Positions 1 to 9,879 are shown, numbered from the stretch's first letter. The stretch is DNA of 42,607 bases from an uncultured Staphylococcaceae bacterium (GCA_964453965.1 CAYVQA010000003.1:1-42607); one strand, 5' to 3'. Numbers and translations are program-made. Notes: generated from the sequence alone by a model not told the origin.

Positions 1-48
1 ATTTGTTAAATCAACATTTAATTTATCGATGTACTTTTGATATTGCAT
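1..48 (-). CDS. 5' end (16 codons) of an unidentified gene running off the left edge
   Basis: Minus-strand ATG at 46-48, preceded 5 nt upstream by AAAGGAG (plus-strand CTCCTTT at 54-60). It reads MQYQKYIDKLNVDLTN and stays open to position 1. Too short to identify. Confidence 0.3.
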   Translation of the reverse strand, partial: MQYQKYIDKLNVDLTN

Positions 49-148
49 TTTTTCTCCTTTAAAGATAATTATTGTTAATTATTTATGGTAATTTTATCAT
101 CTATAAATCATTTTGTCAAATATTTAAAAATATTAAGTATAAAATTTT

Positions 149-433
149 TTAAATGTTAGATATTAATCTTATTTTTTGAATTTCTGATAATTTAATTATA
201 TTATTTTTTAAATAAATTTTCTCATTGTCAAAACCTACTGGATAATCTTTAATAATATGTCCATTAAATAAAATAAAAAAGAATTCTTGAAGTTGATTTG
301 TAATAATTCCTTTTTCAATTTCTTTTATCATTTTTTTAAAATTATCATTTGTATTATAAATCCATTTTACATAATTATTATTGATTATTGGCTTAAAATT
401 GATATTTAAATATGGTTTAGGAAGATAATTCAT
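149..433 (-). CDS. hypothetical small cytoplasmic protein (about 94 aa)
   Basis: The ORF-track ORF is 149..442, but its first codon (GTG at 440-442) lies inside an AGGTGA Shine-Dalgarno. The ATG at 431-433 sits 5 nt after that motif and is the likelier start (MNYLPKPYL...). No signal peptide or recognisable motif. Confidence 0.45.
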   Translation of the reverse strand: MNYLPKPYLNINFKPIINNNYVKWIYNTNDNFKKMIKEIEKGIITNQLQEFFFILFNGHIIKDYPVGFDNEKIYLKNNIIKLSEIQKIRLISNI

Positions 434-487
434 ATATTTCACCTAGTAAATTATATCTTTCAATTTAAATAATCATTCTTTCTAATT

Positions 488-522
488 TTAAAAAAAGCAT
501 CAGGCAAAATGCCCAATGCTTT
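488..522 (-). terminator. rho-independent terminator after the 1016-aa lipoprotein gene
   Basis: AAAGCAT (494-500) pairs with ATGCTTT (516-522), with an inner GGC/GCC pair. The A-run at 488-496 gives a U-tract on the minus strand, immediately 3' of the stop at 529. Confidence 0.6.
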
Positions 523-528
523 CGTTTC

Positions 529-3500
529 TTATTCTAATGAATCATTTAAAGTTGTTAAAATTACATCTTTTGATAAATTTGCATTTAAAGTTACTTTATT
601 ATCAGTAAATAATTTAATAACTTCTTCTGTTACATTTGTTTGATATTCATCAGTAATAGCATTTATACCACCAACATAGTATGTTGAAACTACAGACTTT
701 TGTGTTGATGTTAATCCACTAGAAGTGTCATCATCATCGTCTGAATCTAATAAATATTTATCATAATTAAGTTTTATCGCAAAATCTAATGCACTATATA
801 CAACTTCTTTTTTATTTGCGCCATTTTCGTCTAATACTTCATTACCATTTTCATCAAGAACATTCTTAACTTCTTTAGAAATTTTTGTACGATCAGTTGC
901 TTGTGTAACATAAGCAATTGTTACTTGATTTTTATTATAGAATGCATCAGTTGTGAATGGTTTAACAACGTAGCGATTATCATCTTTTGTATATTCATAG
1001 TAAGGGTCTAAGTTTTTGCCCATAATATCAGTACCATATTGATTTACTTCAACTTCATCTTCTTCATTTTTTGATGATGTATATGCGGCTTGATAATTAA
1101 TAATTTCATTATAAATAGTTCTTAATTTATCTTTATAGTAATCATCAATACTTGATGTTTGCGTATAAGTAGTAGATGATGAAACTGTAAATTGTAAGCC
1201 TTGTTTTTTGAATTGTCCAAAGACACTATCATTTGGAGTTGCAACTGCATAATTTGTACTAATTGCAGAATATCTATCAGACGTAGCTTCATTGTCTTCA
1301 GCAATTGCATTTGCAATCGCAATGATTGATTCTTTAACGTTTGAAGTTGATGAATAATATTTTGTAACCATTTCAGCTGCTTTTGCATCTTTATCATCTT
1401 TGTAACTTAAATCTACTAAGTCTTTTAAGAATTCAGCAAATTTTTGTGCTACTGCAATATTTGAATCTAATGTTGTTTTTGCATCTCTAATTGTTGCTTC
1501 TGTTACGCCATATTTTTCATATTTTTCACCATATTCTGCAACGAATTCATCAATTGACATTTCATAGAATGCATAATTATCATCTGATTCTAATTCTTTA
1601 AATCCAAATGCATCTGCTGAACCATTGTCATCTTTATCAAACCATGTTGATACAGAATAAACAGTTGTACGGAAGTATTCATCAAAAATACGTTTTGCTT
1701 GTTTTGTTACTAATTCATCAGTCCATAAAGTTTCTTGATAGTTTTCTAAAGCTTCTGAATAAATATCACCATCAGTATCTAAGATTAAATCTAATTCTGA
1801 TGTAATTCCATAATAATCTCTTAAATAGTTCATCCATCCATATGATTTAGGATAGCCATCACTCTTAAATTCATTGTCTTTGAAATCAGATTTTACAGTT
1901 TTTACATCTGCTTTATAAATTTTGTCATATTTTTCTTTGTCTAAAACTTCACCTGTTGTAACATTAACAATTTTGCTATGTGCTAAAACAGTATAGTTAT
2001 CTAAATAAGTAATTGCTAAATCATTACCTTTTGTTTTTAAAATCGTTTTAAACATTTCATCAGCTGTTAATGAGTAAGTTTGTCCATTATATTCAAGTGA
2101 TGCAACATTTTCGCTACTTGTTCCTTTTGTGCGAGTATATTCATCATATTCGCTAATGCTTAAATTTGAATATACTGAATTGTAACTTGATACAAATGTA
2201 TTTTCTAATCCTTCATCATAAATATGAAGTTTTCCATCTTTTAATGCTTTTTCAAATGTATAACGTTTAATTAAATTAGAAGTAATCTTGTTTTCAATTA
2301 ATTCTTTTTTAATTTCAGCTTTTACAGTTTCTAAAGCTGTATCATCTGCTTTTTCTAAAACAATTGCTAGATAGAAACGATTGCCAAAAGCAGTTGGAAG
2401 CAAAGTATAACTGTTATGATATGTTTTATTTTCAGTTTCTTCTGTGCCATCATTTAAACGATTTAATGCTGTTAAAGCATATAATTTAGTTGTAACAGTT
2501 GAATTGAAATCAGCCCAATCATCATATGATTTAGTTTCTGCAACTTCATCAATTGTAGTGTAACTAGTTCCCTTAGTATCGTTTGTTAAGCCAACAAATA
2601 CTTCTTTTACTTGATCTAAAGTAAGTTCTTCACCAGTTGTATATGACCATTTTTGTTCTTTTAATTTGTTTAAATCAATACCATATTTTTTTAGTAATGC
2701 TCTTGCTTCTGCGTCACTATCAAAAGTTACAACAGCTGCTTTTACGTCTGGAGCATATTCGCTATTTAAAATGTTTTCATAATTTGCGTCAGAGAAATAT
2801 CCTGTTACTTCTTTTTCAGCTTTTTCTGTGTTTGTTACAGTTGATGAAAGTGCAGGAACTGTAAATTTGTAAGTTGCAGTAGTTGAATAATCATTTAAAG
2901 TTGCAGTTGCAGTTAATGTTACTTCAACATCGTATTTACCTTGAGTTACTTTTGCAGTTGTTTTATTCTTTTTTACAACTACATAAGAACTATCACTAGC
3001 CCATGTAATTTTTAAATCTTTATCAACTGATTCATCAGTTAGTTTTAAAGTTAAATCACTTGTTTCATAAGCATTGAAGTCAATTCCTTCTAAAACAGTA
3101 ACTAATTTTTCAAATTCAGCAATTTCTGATTCAATTTGTGATTTTGCATATTCTTGTCGACGATATTCAAGTTTATAAGCAGCAGTCCATTCTTCTTCAG
3201 TTTGGTAGCCTTTGTTTTTCATACTTGTTTCCCAACTATCTTTTGCTTTTGCTTTTTCTTTTGCAGTTAAAGAATCAAGGTCATCAGTTCCATAAATTTG
3301 TTTATTTAAATAATTTTCAAAGCCTGTTGTATCAGTTGAAAGAACTATATTGTCCATCCAATCGATTAATGCTGTATAACCATAGTTACTTATTAAATTA
3401 ACATAAGCTTTTTCATTTGTAACTGTATAATCACCAACTTTTACAAAAGAATCTGTTGCGTTTGAAATCATTGGTGTTTTACTTGGGTATTTGTAATCAT

Positions 3501-3579
3501 CATCTTTACAGCCAACAATTGTAACTGTAAAGACAGCTAGAATTAAAAATGTTAATATTTTTTTCATTATATTTTTCAT
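529..3579 (-). CDS. giant lipoprotein with a PrsA/SurA-like N-terminal segment and an Ig-like insert (1016 aa)
   Basis: Signal peptide plus lipobox (LAVFTVTIVGC). VKVGDYTVTNEKAYVNLISNYGYTALIDWMDNIVL resembles the N-terminal domain of PrsA/SurA chaperones. KITWASDSSYVVV...DVEVTLTATATLNDYSTTATYKFTVPA fits the small bacterial Ig-like pattern. It is collinear with the neighbouring 1060-aa paralog. Confidence 0.6.
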   Translation of the reverse strand: MKNIMKKILTFLILAVFTVTIVGCKDDDYKYPSKTPMISNATDSFVKVGDYTVTNEKAYVNLISNYGYTALIDWMDNIVLSTDTTGFENYLNKQIYGTDDLDSLTAKEKAKAKDSWETSMKNKGYQTEEEWTAAYKLEYRRQEYAKSQIESEIAEFEKLVTVLEGIDFNAYETSDLTLKLTDESVDKDLKITWASDSSYVVVKKNKTTAKVTQGKYDVEVTLTATATLNDYSTTATYKFTVPALSSTVTNTEKAEKEVTGYFSDANYENILNSEYAPDVKAAVVTFDSDAEARALLKKYGIDLNKLKEQKWSYTTGEELTLDQVKEVFVGLTNDTKGTSYTTIDEVAETKSYDDWADFNSTVTTKLYALTALNRLNDGTEETENKTYHNSYTLLPTAFGNRFYLAIVLEKADDTALETVKAEIKKELIENKITSNLIKRYTFEKALKDGKLHIYDEGLENTFVSSYNSVYSNLSISEYDEYTRTKGTSSENVASLEYNGQTYSLTADEMFKTILKTKGNDLAITYLDNYTVLAHSKIVNVTTGEVLDKEKYDKIYKADVKTVKSDFKDNEFKSDGYPKSYGWMNYLRDYYGITSELDLILDTDGDIYSEALENYQETLWTDELVTKQAKRIFDEYFRTTVYSVSTWFDKDDNGSADAFGFKELESDDNYAFYEMSIDEFVAEYGEKYEKYGVTEATIRDAKTTLDSNIAVAQKFAEFLKDLVDLSYKDDKDAKAAEMVTKYYSSTSNVKESIIAIANAIAEDNEATSDRYSAISTNYAVATPNDSVFGQFKKQGLQFTVSSSTTYTQTSSIDDYYKDKLRTIYNEIINYQAAYTSSKNEEDEVEVNQYGTDIMGKNLDPYYEYTKDDNRYVVKPFTTDAFYNKNQVTIAYVTQATDRTKISKEVKNVLDENGNEVLDENGANKKEVVYSALDFAIKLNYDKYLLDSDDDDDTSSGLTSTQKSVVSTYYVGGINAITDEYQTNVTEEVIKLFTDNKVTLNANLSKDVILTTLNDSLE

Positions 3580-3591
3580 TACTATTACCTC

Positions 3592-6500
3592 CTATTCTTC
3601 ATCTTCCGTATATTTCTTAATAAGAATTTCGGTAATACTATTATATCTTTCTAGATTATCGTTATTTTCGAATTTAATTTCAGACATTGCTGCTTTTCTT
3701 AAATCTATTAGCGCAAGAGCTAATGGATTTGTATCAGACATATCTTCTGTGGCAGGAGTGTACCACGTATCGATAAATGATTGTTCATCATCTGTTAAAG
3801 CAGCTAATTTATCATATTCTTCGCCTTCTAATGCATCAATTTCATCGTCAGTATAATTGATGTATAGATATTTTGCAATAATGTCTTTTGCATTTTCTGG
3901 AATTTCAACTGGAGCAGTTGTACCAGTAACAGCAATCATATGATATCCATAACTTGTTTCAAAAGCTACTTCGCTAAAATAAGGAGCTTCAATTGTTTCA
4001 CCAACTAATCCTTGTTTATCAATCTCATCATAAATTTCTTTTAATTTATCTGAGAACTCTTCAACGATTGAAGATGAATTATCATATGTAGCAGTTTCTT
4101 CCCATTTTACTTTTAAGCCAGCAGCTTTATATTTACCAAAGAAGTTATATGTGTAAATTGTTTCTGTCTTTGATTTTTCTAATAATTGTGTAAGTGTTAC
4201 ATTATCATAAGTAGGAATTGCTTTATTATATTCAGTAACTAAAGCAGTCATTTGATCTGATAATGATGATGAATTAGTTTGAGGAGCAAGAGCTAAGAAT
4301 AATTCTGCAAGTTCTTTTGCAAGTTCTTTAGTTTCAGTTGTCCAATTAATTTTTTCATCATAAGCAGTTTCTTTTCCACTTACAATATTAGTATCCGGAT
4401 TAGCATCTAAATCATAGTCTAATGAGATTACTAAATTCATTACATTAACACTATAATATTCTTCGTATAATTCATTAATTTTCGCCATTACATTATCTAC
4501 TTGACTATATAATGTTTTTGTAAATTTAGTTTGTGCATCAGTATAAATCGAACCACCAAAATTACGATTTGCTAATAATTCTTCATCGCTAAATGCTATA
4601 AAATAATCATTAATGAAATTTTTCCATCCATAATCAGATGAGAATGCAGGAATAAATCCATAAGATGAAAGTGAAGAATTTGTAAAGTAATCATATTCGA
4701 AGTTCTTTTGGATTGATGCAACTTCTGATTTTAATGCTGATTTATATGCATCTTTATCCATGATTTTACCTGTATATGGGTTGTAAACATCATTGTATTC
4801 TACATTGCTTAAAATGTTATAGTCATCCATAAAATCAATACTTACTAATACACCATATTTTTCTTCTAATGCTTTATACAATTCATCAGCAGTAATTTCA
4901 ACATTTTTCTTACCAACTCTAAATACAGCAACTACTTTTTCATCGCTATCTTTTGTTGTTTCAAATGGTAAGTAATCAGTTACTGATAATGTTGTTCCGA
5001 AGAAAGTATCATAGTTATATTGATATACAGCTTCTAAATAGCGGTCATAAATTACTAAGTTATGCTTTGTACGATTTTCGAATAATACTCTTGAAATATC
5101 ATTATCTTCAATTAAATCTTTTTTCATTGCTTCGACGATTTCAGCTTTTAATGCATCGCTTGCTGCAATTTCTTCTGCTGTACGATCTGCATAATCTTCA
5201 TCATCTTCAAAGATTAATTCTGTATCTGCTTTTTCATCAAGTTTAATACATAAGAAATAATAGTTTGTACCTTTAATTGGTTCTAATGTATAACTCTTGT
5301 AGAAATTAGAATATAAATCACTTAATTCTAATTTTGTTGAGTCATATTTTAAATAACTAGCTAAAGTTGTATCAAATTCATTGATTTCTTTATAAGTCCA
5401 ATTAAAACTAATATTGTCATTTTTTGAATCATAGTTTTTAATTGCGTCAATATTATCAATTACATATTTAACTTCAACATCTTTAGATGTATTACTAATT
5501 GTTGCTTTGTCATCTATTGTTTTATAAACTTTAACAGTATATCTCTTAGTATCGGTTTTAACTTCTGTTTCTTCAGTACCATATTGATAAGTTGCAGTTG
5601 CTGTTAAATAAACTCTTTCAGATGTAGCCATATCTTCAGGTCTATTTACTGTAACAGTATATTCGTTATTTTCAACTGTCTCATTAATTGTTAAGTAAGT
5701 TTTTTCATCACCAGAAGTATAATTTTCTAGTTTATAAGTAAATTTGATTACACCTTTTTCGTTTCCATTTTCATCTACTATCTTAGATGATGCAGGTAAA
5801 GTAAATGAAGTTGTTTTAACGTCAAGTTCAACGCTTAATCCGCTTAATGCTTCTGAAACAGCAGATGCATAACTAATTTTAGTTGTAATATCTGCAGCAT
5901 TTAAAATGTCATTACCATTGTTGTAGTATTTCATCATATAGTTATACATATTGATGAAAGCAGTAACTACTTCTTGAGGTGTTAAATATTCAATTTTTGA
6001 TGTTGAATCTGCAGGATTATATGAACTTGAAACCCAACCTTTTTCATCATCTAAAATTGAACTATCAGTATTAATTCCAAATTTTTTCATTACTCTTAAT
6101 GCTTGTGTTTCTGAATCAAATGGAATATAAATTCCTGTTGAACTTCCACCATAATTTTCTTCATAGTAGTCTTCAATTTCTGAATCACTGAAAATTAATC
6201 CATTGGCTGAATTTTTGCCAATTTCATCTAATTTTTCCATAATATATGCTTTTGCATATTTTTCTCTTGCGCAATCAACACGATAATAATCTCTTACGGC
6301 TGATATTGCGGCTGCACTATCAGTACGATTAGTTTTCGTTAATTTTCCACTAACAACTAATGTATCTAATAAATCTTCCCATTTTTCTTTTGGGTCTTCA
6401 TGATAATCCTTTATATCTGTTGCATAAACATATTCAGGATCATAATCTACATCATATAATGTTTCAATGATGTATTCTTTTAAATCTTCATTTGTTACGT

Positions 6501-6774
6501 TTGAAACTTCGTCTGCAAGTAATTTTTCATCAACAAGTTTTGCAAGTTCAGTTACACCGTAATTTTTTCTTAAATATGTGTACAGTCTTTCTTTTGTAAT
6601 TTTATAGTTTCCAATAGTTAAATAAGCACTGTCTTTATCACTTATTTCTGGATTTGGAGCGCTATTTTTGACTGACACAAAAATTACTGATACTAATATA
6701 ATTAATAGTATCACAATAGCAACTGGTAAAACTTTTTTAAGAGCAGTTTTTCCAGTTAGTACTTTTTCGCTCAT
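3592..6774 (-). CDS. giant membrane-anchored PrsA-like protein with a parvulin-like C-terminal motif (1060 aa)
   Basis: N-terminal TM anchor (LPVAIVILLIILVSVIFVSV). LTIGNYKITKERLYTYLRKNYGVTELAKLVDEKLLADEV resembles the PrsA/SurA N-domain. ETSYGYHMIAVTG near the C-terminus resembles the PrsA parvulin motif QYGYHII. The gap to the downstream paralog is 12 nt. Confidence 0.6.
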   Translation of the reverse strand: MSEKVLTGKTALKKVLPVAIVILLIILVSVIFVSVKNSAPNPEISDKDSAYLTIGNYKITKERLYTYLRKNYGVTELAKLVDEKLLADEVSNVTNEDLKEYIIETLYDVDYDPEYVYATDIKDYHEDPKEKWEDLLDTLVVSGKLTKTNRTDSAAAISAVRDYYRVDCAREKYAKAYIMEKLDEIGKNSANGLIFSDSEIEDYYEENYGGSSTGIYIPFDSETQALRVMKKFGINTDSSILDDEKGWVSSSYNPADSTSKIEYLTPQEVVTAFINMYNYMMKYYNNGNDILNAADITTKISYASAVSEALSGLSVELDVKTTSFTLPASSKIVDENGNEKGVIKFTYKLENYTSGDEKTYLTINETVENNEYTVTVNRPEDMATSERVYLTATATYQYGTEETEVKTDTKRYTVKVYKTIDDKATISNTSKDVEVKYVIDNIDAIKNYDSKNDNISFNWTYKEINEFDTTLASYLKYDSTKLELSDLYSNFYKSYTLEPIKGTNYYFLCIKLDEKADTELIFEDDEDYADRTAEEIAASDALKAEIVEAMKKDLIEDNDISRVLFENRTKHNLVIYDRYLEAVYQYNYDTFFGTTLSVTDYLPFETTKDSDEKVVAVFRVGKKNVEITADELYKALEEKYGVLVSIDFMDDYNILSNVEYNDVYNPYTGKIMDKDAYKSALKSEVASIQKNFEYDYFTNSSLSSYGFIPAFSSDYGWKNFINDYFIAFSDEELLANRNFGGSIYTDAQTKFTKTLYSQVDNVMAKINELYEEYYSVNVMNLVISLDYDLDANPDTNIVSGKETAYDEKINWTTETKELAKELAELFLALAPQTNSSSLSDQMTALVTEYNKAIPTYDNVTLTQLLEKSKTETIYTYNFFGKYKAAGLKVKWEETATYDNSSSIVEEFSDKLKEIYDEIDKQGLVGETIEAPYFSEVAFETSYGYHMIAVTGTTAPVEIPENAKDIIAKYLYINYTDDEIDALEGEEYDKLAALTDDEQSFIDTWYTPATEDMSDTNPLALALIDLRKAAMSEIKFENNDNLERYNSITEILIKKYTEDEE

Positions 6775-6836
6775 TTTTGTTCTCCTTTTCTAAAATAATT
6801 TTAATCTAGTTGAATTTGTGTGTAATCAACAGATAT

Positions 6837-6865
6837 ATAATACCACATTTTGCATAAAATTTCAA
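6837..6865 (-). promoter_or_regulatory. sigma-A type promoter for the two PrsA-like genes
   Basis: On the minus strand: TTGAAA (6860-6865), 17-nt spacer, then extended -10 TGgTATTAT (-10 hexamer at 6837-6842). It lies about 55 nt upstream of the ATG at 6774. Confidence 0.55.
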
Positions 6866-7068
6866 CTAAAACACGTGATAAATATGAAAATAAAGAAATT
6901 TTTATATGAATTTTTATATTTACTCGTTAGTAATTGTAATTTTTGACTGAATTTTGTTGTTAATTTCGTAAAAAATATAGGCAAATTCAATAGTCATCAT
7001 CATTATTTTTGACATAATATGAAGTAGCAATACATCTTTTATTGCAAAATTAGGAGGGAGGATTTCAA

Positions 7069-7176
7069 GTGGGAAATAACCAATGTTGTGGAAACAATCG
7101 TTCTGAATATAGTTATGCATTTATTTTAGTGCTATTCATTTTATTAGTTATCATCGGCGCTTGTTGGGCATTCTAA
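7069..7176 (+). CDS. YjcZ-family tiny membrane protein (35 aa), absent from the ORF track
   Basis: AGGAGGGAGG at 7052-7061, then GTG at 7069. Translation is MGNNQCCGNNRSEYSYAFILVLFILLVIIGACWAF, ending at TAA 7174-7176. The FILVLFILLVIIGA core matches the tiny_TM_bacill / YjcZ sporulation-protein family of Bacilli. A terminator follows. Confidence 0.6.
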   Translation: MGNNQCCGNNRSEYSYAFILVLFILLVIIGACWAF

Positions 7177-7201
7177 TAAGTTATATTTAATTTTTTAAAA
7201 G

Positions 7202-7233
7202 AAAAGGTATGGAATTTCCATACCTTTTTCTTA
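7202..7233. terminator. bidirectional rho-independent terminator (yjcZ-like on plus, yhaM on minus)
   Basis: AAAAGGTATGGA (7202-7213) pairs with TCCATACCTTTT (7217-7228). T-runs are present on both strands. Confidence 0.65.
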
Positions 7234-7244
7234 TCGATTTTTTC

Positions 7245-8180
7245 CTATTTATCATCTATTTTCGTTTTATATAAATTTTTTCTTCCAAGACTTAATATGC
7301 CTTGAGTAAGCTCACCTGGTAATGTTTTTTCATATTCGCTTTCAACCGAGGCAAGTTTAGAATCCATTAAGTCTATTAAATGAAGAGCTAACGCTTCAAT
7401 TGTTGCCGGCTCTTTTGGGCTTCCGTATTCTAATTCACCATGGTGAGCCGCAATCATATGTAATAACATTTGGACTTCTTCTGTATCTTCGTATCTTAAT
7501 TCTTTAGCTTTTGTACTTATCATATTAAGTCCAATTACAATATGGCCTAGCAACATTCCATCCATCGTATAAACTGGGCTTATACTGCTAGAAAGTTCTT
7601 TTGTTTTGCCAATGTCATGTAACAAAACGCCAGCATAAAGAAGGTTACTATTAATCATCGGATAATTTGCGATTACTTGATCTGCAATTCTTGCCATTGA
7701 ATAAGTATGATAAGCTAATCCACACAAATAATTATGATGCATTGACGTTGCGGCAGGATATGTAAAATAAGCTTGTTCACAATCTTTAATTAATGTAACA
7801 ACTAATTTATATAAAATAGGATTTGTTATTTTGCGAATATATTCTTTGATTTTTGTTCTTAATTCGCTTTCGTCAATTGGCGCATAACGATAGAAATCTT
7901 TTAAATTAATTTCATTTTGATCAACATCTCTTATTTGACTAATGACAAATTGACGTTTTCCTCCGTATTCATTAATTCGTGCATTAAATAAATAAACTAT
8001 ACCATTTTTTAAATCTTTTTTTAGATTTATATCCCAAATTCGTGCATCAACGATATCCTTACCATCTGATAAATTTGCGCTATAATAACTAGTTTGATTA
8101 GGAGTATAACGTAATTTTAATTCTTCTAGTAGAGCAGTAAATTCAACATTATCGCCAATTTTCATTTCACTAAATTTCAT
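7245..8180 (-). CDS. yhaM: 3'-5' exoribonuclease YhaM (OB-fold plus HD domain)
   Basis: 311 aa. YPAATSMHHNYLCGLAYHT, LLYAGVLLHDIGK and AAHHGELEYGSPKEP are collinear with B. subtilis YhaM. Confidence 0.85.
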   Translation of the reverse strand: MKFSEMKIGDNVEFTALLEELKLRYTPNQTSYYSANLSDGKDIVDARIWDINLKKDLKNGIVYLFNARINEYGGKRQFVISQIRDVDQNEINLKDFYRYAPIDESELRTKIKEYIRKITNPILYKLVVTLIKDCEQAYFTYPAATSMHHNYLCGLAYHTYSMARIADQVIANYPMINSNLLYAGVLLHDIGKTKELSSSISPVYTMDGMLLGHIVIGLNMISTKAKELRYEDTEEVQMLLHMIAAHHGELEYGSPKEPATIEALALHLIDLMDSKLASVESEYEKTLPGELTQGILSLGRKNLYKTKIDDK

Positions 8181-8181
8181 T

Positions 8182-9879
8182 TTATATCAATCCTTTCTCA
8201 AGTAATATAGCAAATTTAGGATTAGATTTGATTGTCAATAATCTCGTAGATGATTTCAAATCTTCTTTTATTTGATTAATTTCATTTAGGGACATCGATT
8301 CATCAATTTCTAATAACATTTTTTTATCTAACATTAAATTAAATTCTTTGTTATATTCTTTTAGCAATTCTGATAAATCATCTTCTGATTGTGTTATTTT
8401 ATTATTTAGTGCATTTTCGTTACTTATATTATTTTCTTGCAATAAATTATTTTCATTACTTGTATCTTGTTCATAATAAGTAAGATTTTGTTCTTGATTT
8501 AATTCTTCTAATGTTGGCGTAATTGATTTTAATAAATCATCAATTTCATTCATTTGAATTTCTTCTTTTGTTTCATTTTCTTCTAACACTTTTTGATTTA
8601 TAAAATCATTATTACTATTAACTATTTTTTCTTCAATTTGATTTCTTTCTTTTACTTCTACTTCTTTAATTTCATTTTTTGATTTTTCTTCTTTGATAAC
8701 GTCATATGTTATTAATAGTTCTTTAATTCTAGTTGTTGTTTCATTTAAATTATTATTAATTCGCCTTGTAGTAATGTCTTTTTCAATTTGAATCATAATA
8801 TCATTTACAAATGCTCCTGTTTTACCACCAGCAAATTCAATAATCACTTGAGGATTAACAACAATATCACTTCGTTGATTAATTACTTTGTTTTCCGATA
8901 ATTCTTTTATTTTTTTAGTTTGAAGCGGATAATTTTTTATTAAAATTGAATTAATTAAATCAGCAGAAATTAAATCATCAAGCGGATATTTATAGACTTC
9001 ATATTCGGTAATTAAGCTATTTTCGATTGTTTTTGATATTTCGATTATTTCTTTTATCTTTGTTGTAGTTTCTTTATTAAAACAACTATTTTCTAAAACA
9101 GAAGGATTTAATTTGCAAAGAATAACGAATTTTTCCATAATTGACAATTTATCATATTTTTTATGAATTAAAGTAAGCCAATGATGATAATTATTTACTT
9201 GTTTAAATAATTGTTTTTTTATCATTAGTTTAATTGCCTTTTTACCATAAGGTTGAGTTAAAATATTTACAAATTCTGCTGTAAGTTTTACATTTGCAAT
9301 TTCATTTAAATTTTTTCTTCTTTTAATCATTCCTTTTAATGTTTTTCTTTCAATTGAAAAATTGAATTTTGCCATTAAAGATAATCCTCTTAAAATTCTT
9401 AATGGATCTTCTTTGAAACGATTTTTAGGCACGCCAATTACTCTAATAACTTTATTTTTGATATCACGTTCACCACCAACTAAATCAACTAAAACCATTG
9501 ATTTTGGCATTGCGAGCGCATTAATTGTAAAATCGCGGCGATTAATATCATCTAATAGTTTTCTTGAATAATGAATTTCCGAAGGCTTTCGACTTTTTTT
9601 ATTATAGACTTCTTCTCTAAAAGTTGTAATTTCAAAAATCATATCGCCTTCTTTTATCGTGATACAACCATAATCCGCAAATTCTTGAATAGCATTAGGA
9701 AATAATTGTAATACTTGTTCAGGAGTTGCGCTTGTTGCAATATCAATATCATTAAATGGAACTTTTAATAAATAGTCTCTGACAACTCCTCCAATTAAAT
9801 ATGCTTGAGGTGTTATTTCATTTAATTTAGTGATAATCTGAATTCCTCTTTGAAAATATAAGTTTTGATCCATCTTCAA
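8182..9879 (-). CDS. cca: CCA-adding tRNA nucleotidyltransferase with a long low-complexity C-terminal extension
   Basis: N-terminal LIGGVVRDYLL...NDIDIAT and RRDFTINA polymerase-beta nucleotidyltransferase motifs. Length is 565 aa, against about 400 aa for Bacillus Cca. The last roughly 170 aa are E/N/K/Q-rich. Confidence 0.85.
   Translation of the reverse strand: MKMDQNLYFQRGIQIITKLNEITPQAYLIGGVVRDYLLKVPFNDIDIATSATPEQVLQLFPNAIQEFADYGCITIKEGDMIFEITTFREEVYNKKSRKPSEIHYSRKLLDDINRRDFTINALAMPKSMVLVDLVGGERDIKNKVIRVIGVPKNRFKEDPLRILRGLSLMAKFNFSIERKTLKGMIKRRKNLNEIANVKLTAEFVNILTQPYGKKAIKLMIKKQLFKQVNNYHHWLTLIHKKYDKLSIMEKFVILCKLNPSVLENSCFNKETTTKIKEIIEISKTIENSLITEYEVYKYPLDDLISADLINSILIKNYPLQTKKIKELSENKVINQRSDIVVNPQVIIEFAGGKTGAFVNDIMIQIEKDITTRRINNNLNETTTRIKELLITYDVIKEEKSKNEIKEVEVKERNQIEEKIVNSNNDFINQKVLEENETKEEIQMNEIDDLLKSITPTLEELNQEQNLTYYEQDTSNENNLLQENNISNENALNNKITQSEDDLSELLKEYNKEFNLMLDKKMLLEIDESMSLNEINQIKEDLKSSTRLLTIKSNPKFAILLEKGLI

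Noticed and set aside
6990-7068. Forespore or mother-cell sigma-factor promoter upstream of the YjcZ-like gene (CATAATA resembles a SigG-type -10).
   Set aside because: I could not find a matching -35 element at the required spacing, and the match is too short to be meaningful in AT-rich DNA.
6920-7120. 66-aa minus-strand ORF in the spacer upstream of yhaM.
   Set aside because: It has no RBS. It overlaps the much better supported plus-strand YjcZ-like micro-gene, which has a strong RBS, a family-typical sequence and a terminator.
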